From: Patescibacteria group bacterium
GTDB taxonomy: Bacteria > Patescibacteriota > Patescibacteriia > Patescibacteriales > UBA12465
Reading direction: 5' to 3'
DNA length: 64,000 nt
NCBI GenBank assembly: GCA_050949505.1
Contig: JBMNFV010000001.1
Span: 286,284 to 350,283 of the forward strand
The notes under the pieces are model-generated. The model saw only the letters and a program-made list of their open reading frames with translations. It was not told where the DNA came from and did no database searches. The position numbers were made by a program, and so were the translations under genes. Each line of letters opens with the position of its first letter. Positions within the stretch are counted from its first letter, which is position 1. Shown piece after piece: positions 48,155 to 58,717 of the stretch.

Positions 48155-49238
48155 AAAAATCTTACTCTTGATCACTAAAGCTGAGGTGGGAGGGGCTCAG
48201 AATTTTGTTGCCAACCTAGCTAAGGGACTAAAAGAGTCAGGCAGAGAGGTTAGCATAGCGGCGGGAGAAGGGGAGTATTTGTCTGAGTATGCCCATGACC
48301 AGCAGATTAATTTTTTTAGAATTAAAGACCTTAAAAGAGGTTTTTCTTTTTTAGCTAATCTATCATTTCTCAGAAACTCCTTGAAATATATTAAGGAAAA
48401 CAAGTTTGACGTGATTCATTTAAATAGCACTAATACTCTGTTACTAGCACCATTTTTAAAGATATTTTCTAAAAAAACTAAAATAGTTTTCACTGTGCAT
48501 GGTTTATCAGTTTTAGACCCTGGCTATGAAGATAATATATTAAAGAAGTTACTATTTTTTATTTTTTTTAAGTTTAACCTTTTGTTTGTAAATGAAATAG
48601 TATTTGTTAGTGAGAATAATTTAAAGATCGCTCAGAAAAATAAAATTACGAATAGGGGAATAGTAATATACAATGGAGCAGAAGTAGATTTTTATAACAG
48701 GGAGGTAGCGAGGGAGTATTTAATAGAAAAGTCTAAGATTTTAGAAGACTCTTTTTTAATAGGATCTGTGGGAAGACTAGCCTATCCTAAAAACTATGAG
48801 TTTCTCATTAATAATTTTAAGGAGGTTTTAGGAGAAATTCCTAATGCTAAACTAATTCTAATTGGTGATGGTCCTAATAGGGAAAAATATCAAAAGCTAA
48901 TAGGTGAAAGAGGTTTAGATAATGATGTATTACTATTAGGAGAAATAGTTGATGCTGCTAAATATCTTAAAGGACTAGATTTATTTGTTTTACCCTCCAT
49001 TTATGAAGGTCTATCAATTTCTTTAATAGAAACTGTGCTAGCCAAAGTTCCAGCTATTGCTAGTGATGTTGGAGGTAATTATGAGGTAATTGGCAAAGAG
49101 AGTTGTTTTAGATTAAATAATAAAGAAAGCTTTTTAGAAATATTAAAACTTGTTAGCAATAAAAGCAGTATTCAGGATCCAAAAAAGTTCTCTTTAAATA
49201 CTATGGTTACGAAATATTTAGAAATTTATAAAAAATAA
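48141..49238 (+). CDS. GT4-like glycosyltransferase
   Basis: KAEVGGAQNFVANLAKGL, IGSVGRLAYPKNYEFLI, LFVLPSIYEGLSISLIE. Confidence 0.88.
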   Translation: MKSNEKILLLITKAEVGGAQNFVANLAKGLKESGREVSIAAGEGEYLSEYAHDQQINFFRIKDLKRGFSFLANLSFLRNSLKYIKENKFDVIHLNSTNTLLLAPFLKIFSKKTKIVFTVHGLSVLDPGYEDNILKKLLFFIFFKFNLLFVNEIVFVSENNLKIAQKNKITNRGIVIYNGAEVDFYNREVAREYLIEKSKILEDSFLIGSVGRLAYPKNYEFLINNFKEVLGEIPNAKLILIGDGPNREKYQKLIGERGLDNDVLLLGEIVDAAKYLKGLDLFVLPSIYEGLSISLIETVLAKVPAIASDVGGNYEVIGKESCFRLNNKESFLEILKLVSNKSSIQDPKKFSLNTMVTKYLEIYKK

Positions 49239-49256
49239 ACTAACTTAATTAACTAA

Positions 49257-49973
49257 GTGTTAAAAATGAAAAAAATACCAAAAATTATTCATTATTGTTG
49301 GTTTGGAAAGAAGCCTAAGTCTCCTTTAGTTTTAAAGTGTATAGCTAGCTGGAAAAGAGTATTGCCGGACTATGAAATCAAAGAATGGAATGAAGACAAC
49401 TTTGATATAAATTTTAATTCTTATACAAAAAATGCATACGATGACAAGAAGTGGGCATTTGTTTCTGATGTTGCAAGGCTTTTTGCATTGCATGAGGAGG
49501 GGGGGGTATACCTGGATACGGATATGTATGTCTTAAAAAACTTCAATGATCTTTTAAATTATGATTCTTTTCTGGGAAAAGAAGACAATAGGGCGATAAA
49601 TGGGGCAATTTGGGGGGCTAAAAAGGGGGATAGGCTAGTGGGGGATGTTTTGGCGTATTATAATTCTAAAAATATAGACCCAAGGACGATTCCCGAAATT
49701 ATTACAGATGTCTATAAAAAAAATATTTTTAAGTATAGTGAGGTAAAAATTTTTGATAAAATTTACTTTTATCCCTTTGGTATTAATGAGATAAAAAAAT
49801 TTAATTATCAAAATGCTCCCCTGGAAAGCTATGCAGTTCATTTGTGGAATTATTCCTGGGGGCATCCGTTGAATAAATTTATAAAAAAAATTGGATTACA
49901 CCAATTTATTAAACAATATACCGAAAAACTAGGCATAAAGGATAATATTAAAAAAATTTTTAAAATCACATAA
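49257..49973 (+). CDS. GT32-like glycosyltransferase
   Basis: IIHYCWFGKKPKSPLVLKCIASWKRVLPDYEIKEWNE; WAFVSDVARLFALHEEGGVYLDTDMY. Confidence 0.85.
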   Translation: MLKMKKIPKIIHYCWFGKKPKSPLVLKCIASWKRVLPDYEIKEWNEDNFDINFNSYTKNAYDDKKWAFVSDVARLFALHEEGGVYLDTDMYVLKNFNDLLNYDSFLGKEDNRAINGAIWGAKKGDRLVGDVLAYYNSKNIDPRTIPEIITDVYKKNIFKYSEVKIFDKIYFYPFGINEIKKFNYQNAPLESYAVHLWNYSWGHPLNKFIKKIGLHQFIKQYTEKLGIKDNIKKIFKIT

Positions 49974-49974
49974 T

Positions 49975-50734
49975 ATGAAATTTTCTATTATCACCCCAAC
50001 GCACAAGAGGCCAAAGGAATTAAAGAGAGCTGTGGAGTCACTATTAAATCAAGATTATCCTAATTGGGAAATGATTATAATAAATGATTCTCCAAATTTT
50101 AATTATACTGAAATAGATAATGGGGACATAATGAGAGACAAGAGAATAAGATATTTTAAAAACAAAGAGAATATGGGGGTAAATTTTTCTAGAAACTTTG
50201 CTCTTGATAATATTAGCTTAGATTCTGATTATATTATTTTTTTAGACGATGATGATTGGCTCAATCAACAGTGTTTAAGTGAGGCGATAAATACTGTCAA
50301 GCAAAATCCAGCTCATGGTTGGTATGTTTCAAATAGGGCAATTTTTAACGACAATAAGCCAATTACTATAAATGTCGTCAATAAAAAAGAGATTAATTAT
50401 TTAAAGGATTATCTTATTTTTAAAAAATTCAAAGGAGATGCTACTCATGTTATTTCCACAAAATATAAAAATATAAGATTTTCTAGTAAAACAGGCCGAA
50501 GAGTGGATGTATTTTGTGCAATTATCTAATAATTTTTTTTATTATGATTTTAATTCTACGTTTAGCGATGGATATGATTATGAGGGCGTGTCTAGAATGT
50601 ATAAAAACAAAATAGAAAAATTAAAAAATACAGTTAAGCTCTATCAAGAGCTATTTAAGCTAAAAAAGTTTAATTTTTATATTTGGTTTATTTATTTGCC
50701 ATTAAGAGTGGGGGCTATTTTTTTGAAGAATTAG
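49975..50734 (+). pseudogene. GT2-family glycosyltransferase split by a frameshift near 50490-50505
   Basis: ORF 49975-50529 carries the GT2 N-terminus (FSIITPTHKRPKELKRAVESLL, FLDDDDWLN). The adjacent frame reads QAEEWMYFVQLSNNFFYYDFNSTFSDGYDYEG, a plausible continuation. Confidence 0.75.
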
Positions 50735-50803
50735 CAGACAAGAGGATTCATTTAATTGGAGCTATGAATTAATTATTAGCGTGATTTATTATTATAAAAA
50801 TCA

Positions 50804-51832
50804 TTATGGCATGCCAATATGCTCAGGTATGTCAAAATTTTTTATTATCCCCCTTTTTATAGATTTAATAATTAGGCGATTGCGTTGAATTAAATGCATA
50901 TTTATACCTTTTTTAAAGATATAAAATAAATTCATAACCAATAGGATTATAAAAGTATTTGCTAAAAAGAAAGCCTTATTAGCCTGGTTAATATGGATAA
51001 TATTATAAGTGTTATTTCTAAAATTTAGGAACACTCTAAATGGATCGTTATTTTTTGAAAATGGAGCCAAGAATCCGCCCTCTCTATTATTTATGTCAAC
51101 ATCCTCTATATAGGGGTGAAATAAAGAGTAAGAAGTCCCCCCCCCAATTGTTTTTATTCTATTAGACCATTCTACATCGTCAGCATAGGTAAAAAATTCT
51201 TTTAAGGGCAGTCCAGCTAGGCTTATGATTTCTTTAGATAAAAAAGCTCCTCCGTAAGCAAAGCCATTCTGAATGCAAATGGGAATAAATTTTTTACTTT
51301 GCAATTTCTTTGATTCATTAAAAATATGTTTTTTTATTAAACTTAACACAACTTTATAGTTAAACATGTTAAATCCAAATAGACTTTTTTGTGAATTTGG
51401 AATATATTTTCCATAAAAAAATCTAATATCTGTATATGCACTTCTTCTTCCTGATAAGATTATTTTTTGCCTATCTTTTTTTGGGAATAGAAATAGAGCC
51501 GAAGTAAAATATTTAATAAAATTAGATTCAGGCACATTATCATCATCTAAGAGTAGAACATAGTCAGACTTTGTAGTTAAAAAGTACTCTAGTCCTGCTG
51601 AAAAGCCACCCGCTGATCCTTTGTTTTCTTTTAAGGTAATGTGTTTTGTATTTACGTCTCTATTATTTTCTATAAATTTAGATATATTTTGAGAAGACGA
51701 TGAGTTGTTGTCTACTATAATAATCTCAAACAATCTTTTATCTTGCCTACTTTCAGAAGCACACCTATCTAATACTTGCTGTAAATATTTAAATCTATCC
51801 CCATACGTGACTGTTAGAATTGAAATTTTCAT
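50804..51832 (-). CDS. GT2-family glycosyltransferase (galactofuranosyl/rhamnosyl transferase-like)
   Basis: ISILTVTYGDRFKYLQQVLD, IIVDNNSSS, DYVLLLDDDNVPE. Confidence 0.85.
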   Translation of the reverse strand: MKISILTVTYGDRFKYLQQVLDRCASESRQDKRLFEIIIVDNNSSSSQNISKFIENNRDVNTKHITLKENKGSAGGFSAGLEYFLTTKSDYVLLLDDDNVPESNFIKYFTSALFLFPKKDRQKIILSGRRSAYTDIRFFYGKYIPNSQKSLFGFNMFNYKVVLSLIKKHIFNESKKLQSKKFIPICIQNGFAYGGAFLSKEIISLAGLPLKEFFTYADDVEWSNRIKTIGGGTSYSLFHPYIEDVDINNREGGFLAPFSKNNDPFRVFLNFRNNTYNIIHINQANKAFFLANTFIILLVMNLFYIFKKGINMHLIQRNRLIIKSIKRGIIKNFDIPEHIGMP

Positions 51833-51885
51833 AAATTATTTTTCTAAAATTAATAGTTTAGAGTAATAGTTTAAGTTAGATGTGT

Positions 51886-53235
51886 CTACCTCCCCCCTCT
51901 CCCTAGGACAGTGGCGATGGTCTTGAGGGTGATGACGAGGTCTAGGTAGAGAGAGCGGTGCTTGAGGTAGAAGAGGTCATATTGGAGCTTTTCTAGGGTG
52001 TCTTCTGGGGAGGGCGAGTGGTAGGTGCCAGAGACTTGGTCCCAGCCACTGATGCCGGGTTTGATTAGTAGTCTGGTCTTGTAGAAGGGAATAGCTAATT
52101 CTAAGTCTTTCACTAGCTCGGGTCGTTCGGGTCGGGGGCCAATAAAGCTCATTTCACCACGGAAGATATTAATTGCTTGAGGGAGCTCATCTAGTCTAGT
52201 TTTGCGTAAGAAATTGCCAACAGGAGTGATACGACGATCTTTAGTGCTAGTAGGTTGACCGTGGTTGTTGGTGGTGCGCATAGTGCGGAATTTTAGGATC
52301 TTAAAGATCTGTTCATTGCGACCATAGCGCTCTTGAGTGAAGAAGACGGGCCCACGACTCTCTAGCTTGATAATTAGAGCAATAAGGGGGAAGAGGGGAA
52401 TGAGAATTAGGATTAGGAGACTAGCTCCTAAAAGATCAAGGAGACGCTTTAAGAAGTTAAAGTAGTTCTTATTACCTTCGTTAAGATTATTTAAGAACCA
52501 GTCAGGACCAATGGCCTCCACGGGCACTTTACCACTTAAGAGCTCATAGAAGCTAGGATAGTCATAGAAGCTCAGGTTGAGGGCTAGACAAGCAAAGAGA
52601 GCAGTTTGGACCTGCTCACTGCTACCAAAGTCATCACAAATAACAACAGTGCGAATATTCTTATCTTTAATTAAATTAACTATCTCCGCTAGTTCAGCGG
52701 TATCTTTGATAATCGTGGCTAGCTCATAACCCGCTCCGGGGTTTTTTTGAAGCTCTTGTTGTAATTTAGCGCTATATTGATTATTACCAATAATGACTAG
52801 CTGGTTCTTTTGTAGGGAGCGGTTCAGAGCTTGCCAACTGGTCCGCCAGATAAGAAAGAGGACAATAAACAGGCCGCTAAAGATCAGCAAATTAGTTCGG
52901 GGAGTGACCGAGGAGTTGACGTTAAGGTAGAAATAGATAACGGAGAAGATTAGACTAAGACTTAAGGTGGAAGTGACTTTCTTAAAGAAGGCCTTGCTAG
53001 GCGCAGCAAAGTTAAGGTTGTAGAGGTCACTAATATACAAAAAGACTAGCCAAATAGCGAAGACTACCAGGAAATAGGGGAGGTGGTGTCGGTAATTATC
53101 ACTCCAAGATAAGGAGCCATAGCGTAGGAGCAGGGTAAATAGCAGGGCTAGGTTAAGAACGAGAAGGTCACCGAGCAGAAGAATGATTTTTTTAAAACGT
53201 TTATTCATAGCTTTTTTATGCTTTAAATATAGCAA
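51886..53235 (-). CDS. Polyprenyl glycosylphosphotransferase (bacterial sugar transferase)
   Basis: KRLLDLLGASLLILILIPLFPLIALIIKLESRGPVFFTQERYGRN, KFRTMR, RKTRLDELPQAINIFRGEMSFIGPRPERPE. Confidence 0.92.
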   Translation of the reverse strand: MLYLKHKKAMNKRFKKIILLLGDLLVLNLALLFTLLLRYGSLSWSDNYRHHLPYFLVVFAIWLVFLYISDLYNLNFAAPSKAFFKKVTSTLSLSLIFSVIYFYLNVNSSVTPRTNLLIFSGLFIVLFLIWRTSWQALNRSLQKNQLVIIGNNQYSAKLQQELQKNPGAGYELATIIKDTAELAEIVNLIKDKNIRTVVICDDFGSSEQVQTALFACLALNLSFYDYPSFYELLSGKVPVEAIGPDWFLNNLNEGNKNYFNFLKRLLDLLGASLLILILIPLFPLIALIIKLESRGPVFFTQERYGRNEQIFKILKFRTMRTTNNHGQPTSTKDRRITPVGNFLRKTRLDELPQAINIFRGEMSFIGPRPERPELVKDLELAIPFYKTRLLIKPGISGWDQVSGTYHSPSPEDTLEKLQYDLFYLKHRSLYLDLVITLKTIATVLGRGGR

Positions 53236-53365
53236 TAAGGGTAGGAAAAAGCAATAAAAGGAGAATTATTTAGCTTTTAATTTTCCACTAAAGATGTTAT
53301 ACTAAAAGGAGTTAGTCTAGTCTTTAACGCTAACTAGCTTTTATTATTTCTTATTATCAAATAAA

Positions 53366-55972
53366 ATGAAGCGATTTAGTCAAATTTTAATTATCTCCCT
53401 ATTTCTATTAGCTCCTTTCCTAGCTAAAGGAGCGGTTTGTAATGACTATACGGAATTAACCGTGGTGGCCCGTGACCCTAGTGGCAACTATATAGCTAAT
53501 GCCACCGTAGAGCTCTATACTCAAGAAATAGATGCTAATGGAGAAAAAAAGCCAGATAAGCGCTTAGCGACAGCTAAGGTTAATGCTAATTTAGGCACCG
53601 CTTTGCTACGCTTTAGAAATAGTAATGAGCTAAGCGCCACTTACGCTGTCCGAGTTCAGAATGTCCTTAAAGAGTCAGCTAGCTTTATGGTCTATGATGT
53701 TAACTTGGCCTGTGGTGAAACCAGAGAGCTAGAAACTACTTTAGGTGGTTTTAGAATCTTGCTTCAAGGGGCCGACCAGCGGGCCCTAGCAGGACAGAAA
53801 ATTAATCTCTATACCCAAGCCCGAGATGCCAATGGGGAGCTGGTAGAGAGCCCTAAGGACTCCTTAGGCTCCTTTACCGCCAATACTTCAGGAGAAGTTA
53901 TTGTCTATCTGCCCGCTGGTAGCCAAGAAGGAGTAGCGGGTCTTGGAGACGACTACTATGTTTTAGAATATGTTAGTGGTAGTCAACGCGCCTATCGCTA
54001 CAATCTTAAGGCGGTTAAGGGTGAAATGAAGGAAGTTATTTTCTCCTTAGGGACCATTAGGACTCGCCTAAAGTATGAAGGAGGGGGCTCAGCCGTTGGT
54101 CTCACTATGGAGGTCTATACCCAAAAGCTTAGTGCTCAAGGAGTGGAACAGTTAGGAACTAAAGTGGGTTCCTATACTATCGGTAGTGATGGTTATGGGA
54201 CCTTAGAGGTGATGCCTGACACTTATGCTATTCGGGTTAGAGTGGACAAAGACTATCAATATTTCTGGGACCTAAGCGTTAATTCTGGACAAACCGCCCA
54301 ATTCCTCTTAGAAGCGAAGGGAGCGGTGGTAGACAAAACACCGGGAGCCACTCCGACGGTGCCTAGTGATATTTGCCAAGCTAATTCTCAGACAATTTTA
54401 ACCCTCAAGAACCTACGAGGACAACTCTTAGCCGGACTTAAGTTTGAAATTTATGAACAGGCAGTCGGGACTGGCAATCTAGCTAGCGCTGGCGCTAAGG
54501 TGGCTAATGGGACCACTGATGCCGCCGGACGAGCGGTAGTGAGCTTTAAGCCTAGGACGGATAAGGTCTATGCAGTTAAGGTTTGGGACAAGCAGGCTAA
54601 TTTAGGAAGTTTTTGGTTCTACGGAGCTTTAAAGTATGTGTGTGGTTATGATCGCAGTTTAGAGCTTAGTCTGCCTGCCTTACAGGTAGTGCTAAGAAAT
54701 GACCAAGGGGTGCCCAAGATAAATCAGGCTTTTTCTTTGTATTTACAACGTTATAATGTAGATGGTCAACCCATCTTAGATAGTCAAAGTCTAATTGCTA
54801 ACTTAAAGACTGGTAGTGATGGTCAAGCGACGGTTTATGTTGCTCCCTATAGCGCCTATAATGAGCAGGCCGGTATTTACGCAATTAGCACTAAAGATGA
54901 TCAGGGAAAAACAAAGAACTATTATGATCTAAGGATTAGTGAGGCGAGCAATTATCTCTTTGACCCTACCTTTAAGGGAGTGAAGGGTGAATATGTTAGT
55001 CTCGCTGGTCAAACTCTAGCTAACAAGAGCTTGGCTCTTTATGAGCAACGAGTTGATAATGGCTATTTAGTCTTAGGAAGTCAGCTCACTGCGGTTAAAA
55101 CTGAAGCGGGTGGAAATTGGCAACTTGATTATCCTCAGGGCACCTATGCCCTGACCACTCCTGATGACTTTGGTCGGACTAATGTTTTTTGGAATGTGCA
55201 GCTAAATGGCCAAAGCAATTTTTGGTCGCTTAAGCCTAGCTTAATTACCTTTAAACTTAATCCCGGACCAGGGATAGACCCAAGTAATAGTAATTTGAAG
55301 CTTTACAGTCTAAACGGCCGAGGAGGTACCTACAGCTTAGGCTCAGAGGTAGCTACTATAAAATTAAGTGGTGACTTAGCAACTCATAATCTAGCCGCCG
55401 GAGTCTATTTAGCTACCTATCAGGGCCTTAACAATCAGGTTTATGGTCTAGTATTTTACGCTAAAAACAATACCCCCTTTACCGCTAATATTATCCCTAG
55501 TCCAGCCAATTTAATCGGTGGTCAGACTATCTTTAAAATAGCTAATGCTGATAGTAATTATGTTGGGGGCGGTAGCAGTAGTCCGGTGGTAAATAATAGC
55601 TCTTTGGCAGAGCGAGTTAAGGGGCGAATCCTATTACAAGTGGAAGACAAGGGACAGGCTTGGTATGTTAGTCCAGTTAATAATCAACGCTATAGTCTCG
55701 GTCGTCCTGAAGAAGCCTTTCAAGTGATGCGACAAGTATCCTTGGGAATCTCTAACGCCAACTTTGCTTCATTAGAAGCTAGTCCAGGCTCTTGGCGACA
55801 GTTAGCAGGAAGGATTCTATTAAAGGTAGAGGATGCTGGCCGCGCCTATTATTTTGACCCAGTTACCTTGAAATTACATTATCTAGGCCGACCAGCGGAT
55901 GCTTTTGCAATTATGCGAAATCTGGGACTAGGGATTAGCAATAGTGATTTAAGTCGGATTAGTCTTAATTAA
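53366..55972 (+). CDS. Large secreted protein with repeated beta-sandwich-like modules and two C-terminal YLGRPxDAFxxMRxxxLGIS repeats
   Basis: Signal peptide; recurring ATVELYTQE/KINLYTQAR/LTMEVYTQK/LKFEIYEQA/QAFSLYLQR/KSLALYEQR modules; two tail repeats. Confidence 0.8.
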   Translation: MKRFSQILIISLFLLAPFLAKGAVCNDYTELTVVARDPSGNYIANATVELYTQEIDANGEKKPDKRLATAKVNANLGTALLRFRNSNELSATYAVRVQNVLKESASFMVYDVNLACGETRELETTLGGFRILLQGADQRALAGQKINLYTQARDANGELVESPKDSLGSFTANTSGEVIVYLPAGSQEGVAGLGDDYYVLEYVSGSQRAYRYNLKAVKGEMKEVIFSLGTIRTRLKYEGGGSAVGLTMEVYTQKLSAQGVEQLGTKVGSYTIGSDGYGTLEVMPDTYAIRVRVDKDYQYFWDLSVNSGQTAQFLLEAKGAVVDKTPGATPTVPSDICQANSQTILTLKNLRGQLLAGLKFEIYEQAVGTGNLASAGAKVANGTTDAAGRAVVSFKPRTDKVYAVKVWDKQANLGSFWFYGALKYVCGYDRSLELSLPALQVVLRNDQGVPKINQAFSLYLQRYNVDGQPILDSQSLIANLKTGSDGQATVYVAPYSAYNEQAGIYAISTKDDQGKTKNYYDLRISEASNYLFDPTFKGVKGEYVSLAGQTLANKSLALYEQRVDNGYLVLGSQLTAVKTEAGGNWQLDYPQGTYALTTPDDFGRTNVFWNVQLNGQSNFWSLKPSLITFKLNPGPGIDPSNSNLKLYSLNGRGGTYSLGSEVATIKLSGDLATHNLAAGVYLATYQGLNNQVYGLVFYAKNNTPFTANIIPSPANLIGGQTIFKIANADSNYVGGGSSSPVVNNSSLAERVKGRILLQVEDKGQAWYVSPVNNQRYSLGRPEEAFQVMRQVSLGISNANFASLEASPGSWRQLAGRILLKVEDAGRAYYFDPVTLKLHYLGRPADAFAIMRNLGLGISNSDLSRISLN

Positions 55973-55975
55973 GTT

Positions 55976-56980
55976 ATGACCAGTACCGAGAAAGCCAAAA
56001 CTAAGAGACCATTAAAATATACTTGGCCCGCCATTGGTAACGAGCAGGCGATAGAGTTTTTAGACCGAAGTCTTAGCAGTCAAACTTTAGCCCAAACCTA
56101 TATTTTTATTGGCCCCAAAGACCTAGGGAAAGCAACGATTGCTTTTAGTTTTTCCAAGCATCTTCAGGGGGAGAGCGAGGGCTTCAACAGTGACCTACAT
56201 CTTTTAGCCCCAGAGGCAGACAGCAAGATTATTAGCACCGAGCAGGTGAGGGAGTTTATTAAAAAATTAAGCTTAGGTTCTTTTTTAAACAATTATCAGG
56301 TAGGGATCATCAAGCAGGCTGATCGCTTACAGAGCAATGCTAAAAGCGCGCTCCTTAAGACACTAGAAGAGCCTCGGGACAAGGTGATTATTATCCTCTT
56401 AGTGGAAAATGAGGAAAACTTACCTGCCACGATTTTATCTCGTGGTCAGAAAATCTATTTCCAGCCAGTAGCTACCAGTACTATTTACGATTACTTAGTT
56501 AAAGAGAAGCAGGTAGACCGGCGCATGGCTAAGAGTCTCGCTGGACTAGCCTTAGGTAAACCCCTAAAGGCCTTGCAGTGGCTATCAGATAAATCAGCTT
56601 ATCAGGACTACTTAGATCTAGCTCGGGACTTCTTAAGCTATTTCTCTTTAGCGATTAGTGAGCGACTGGCTCACTTGGCTAAGAATTTTTCTGATAAGAG
56701 TTTTAGTCAGTCCGCTCAAGCCGAAGCCGAACAAAGACTAGCCTTACTAGAAGGCTTAACTAGAGACCTCCTGCTGCTTAACTTCAATCAGCCAGACTAC
56801 CTGCAACATATAGTTTTATTAGAAGAGCTCAAAGAGGCCTTTAATCACTTACCTCCGCTAGAGTCCGAACGAGTCGCCTACCTTAATCAGTGCTTGGAGT
56901 CTATTCTGCAAGCTAGAAAATCTTTAGCTAACAATGTTAATCCCTTATTAGTCTTAGAACAATTAGTTATTAATTTATAA
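55976..56980 (+). CDS. holB: DNA polymerase III delta' subunit-like (AAA+)
   Basis: IGNEQAIEFLDRSL..QTYIFIGPKDLGKATIAF, KSALLKTLEEP. Confidence 0.82.
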   Translation: MTSTEKAKTKRPLKYTWPAIGNEQAIEFLDRSLSSQTLAQTYIFIGPKDLGKATIAFSFSKHLQGESEGFNSDLHLLAPEADSKIISTEQVREFIKKLSLGSFLNNYQVGIIKQADRLQSNAKSALLKTLEEPRDKVIIILLVENEENLPATILSRGQKIYFQPVATSTIYDYLVKEKQVDRRMAKSLAGLALGKPLKALQWLSDKSAYQDYLDLARDFLSYFSLAISERLAHLAKNFSDKSFSQSAQAEAEQRLALLEGLTRDLLLLNFNQPDYLQHIVLLEELKEAFNHLPPLESERVAYLNQCLESILQARKSLANNVNPLLVLEQLVINL

Positions 56981-56997
56981 ATCATTATTCATAATCT

Positions 56998-58128
56998 ATG
57001 AAAAAAGCTTCAATCTTATCAAAATTGAGAATGGTCCTCTTGTTCGGAGGAGTCCTGATCTTAGCTTCAGCTTGTTCTTTTTCTTTCTCCTCTCAAGGAG
57101 GGAGTGCTAGACAAGGGGCCGAGGGTAGCTTGTTTGTAACTAGTGATCGGGGAGACACTTGGCAAGCAGCCATGTCTATCCCGGGCCCAGGCGAACGTTC
57201 GGGTAGTATTGCTGAGGTGGGAGTTAATCTCCTCAAGATAGACCCTCAGGACCACTTAGCGGTCTATTTAGGCAGTCTTGCTCACGGCCTGTTCTATACC
57301 TATGATATCGCTACGGGTTGGAATCAGGTCAAGAGTCTGCCGCAGACTAGGATTAATGACCTAGTAGTTAGTCCGGATAATAAGTGTAGGCTTTATGCCG
57401 CTTTAGGTAATCAAGTTTTCCGGTCTAATGACTGCTCTCGTACCTGGGAGCAAATCTTTGTTGATAGCAATCAGGAGGTGGCGATTAATACCTTAGCGGT
57501 AGACCACTATAATCCTAATAATATTTATTTAGGAACTAGTCGGGGAGAGATTATGAAAAGTATAGATGGGGGCTATTCCTGGCGCACTATTTGGCGACTA
57601 GATAACGGTATTTTACAATTAACTATCTCACCTTTAGACAGTCGGTTGATTTATGTAGCAACTAGCAAGAACAATATTTATCACTTTACCTCTAATACCA
57701 CCACCAACCCCGCTAACTCAACGAATATTGAGGCCAATTTTTCAGTTAGCAATTGGACGGATTTGGGAGCTAGTCTTAAAAACTTTAATTTAGGGACCGA
57801 TTTTAGAGAGCTAATCGTTAATCAAAAGGATGGTGCCGTATTTATTGCCAGCGCTAAGGGAATTATTCGCTCTCGTGATGGGGGTAGTACTTGGGAGAAC
57901 TTAAATCTCCTGCCACCAGAGAAGGAAGCGACTATCAATTCCTTAGCCGTTAATCCTAATAATTCAGCAGAACTGTTTTATATCACGGATACCACCTTCT
58001 TCCGGTCTAGTGACGGGGGAACTACTTGGACCACTAAGCGGCTGCCTAGTAGTCGCCCGGGAGCGCGACTGCTAATTGACTTTGCTAACCCAAACAGGCT
58101 ATATTTAGGAACTAGACAGGCAAAATAA
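56998..58128 (+). CDS. Lipoprotein with BNR/sortilin-like beta-propeller repeats
   Basis: Lipobox LILASAC; repeated SDRGDTWQ, SIDGGYSWRT, SRDGGSTWENL, SSDGGTTWTTK. Confidence 0.8.
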   Translation: MKKASILSKLRMVLLFGGVLILASACSFSFSSQGGSARQGAEGSLFVTSDRGDTWQAAMSIPGPGERSGSIAEVGVNLLKIDPQDHLAVYLGSLAHGLFYTYDIATGWNQVKSLPQTRINDLVVSPDNKCRLYAALGNQVFRSNDCSRTWEQIFVDSNQEVAINTLAVDHYNPNNIYLGTSRGEIMKSIDGGYSWRTIWRLDNGILQLTISPLDSRLIYVATSKNNIYHFTSNTTTNPANSTNIEANFSVSNWTDLGASLKNFNLGTDFRELIVNQKDGAVFIASAKGIIRSRDGGSTWENLNLLPPEKEATINSLAVNPNNSAELFYITDTTFFRSSDGGTTWTTKRLPSSRPGARLLIDFANPNRLYLGTRQAK

Positions 58129-58148
58129 TTAATTAATATTTTAGAGTT

Positions 58149-58703
58149 ATGAACCAATATTTACAAGCTAAACAAGGAGACTTTAGCAAGGCCCTAGAAT
58201 ACTTTAAGCGAGAAATTAGTTCTTTGCGTACCGGCCGAGCTAATCCAGCAGTCTTAGACGCGGTACAAGTGGAGGCCTATGATACCCTTAATCCTCTAAG
58301 TGCAGTGGGTAATATTTCTGTGGCTGATGCTAAGAGTATTGTCATTGTCCCCTGGGACAAGGCGGTGGCTAAGAATATTGAGAAAGCCATTATTGCCGCT
58401 GATTTAGGCTTAGGAGTGATTAACGAAGGTGATCGTTTACGCCTCACCGTTCCCGTATTAACAGAAGAGAACCGACGGGCCCTAGTGAAGACCCTTAATG
58501 AACGCTTGGAGCGTTCACGAATCAATCTGCGTCAGGTGCGAGATGAGATTAAAAATGACATTGAACGAGCCGAAGAGGCCGGAGAAATCAGTGAAGATGA
58601 GCGCTTTAAGGCCATTAAAGAGCTAGATGAATACTCCGCTAAGCAGAATGATGAACTGAAGGAAATTAGAGACCGCAAGGAGCAAGATATTATGGAAATT
58701 TAA
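58149..58703 (+). CDS. frr: Ribosome recycling factor
   Basis: SLRTGRANPAVLDAVQVEAYDT, EERRxx-like ENRRALVKTLNERLERSRINLRQVRDE. Confidence 0.95.
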   Translation: MNQYLQAKQGDFSKALEYFKREISSLRTGRANPAVLDAVQVEAYDTLNPLSAVGNISVADAKSIVIVPWDKAVAKNIEKAIIAADLGLGVINEGDRLRLTVPVLTEENRRALVKTLNERLERSRINLRQVRDEIKNDIERAEEAGEISEDERFKAIKELDEYSAKQNDELKEIRDRKEQDIMEI

Positions 58704-58717
58704 GTTAAATATAATTT

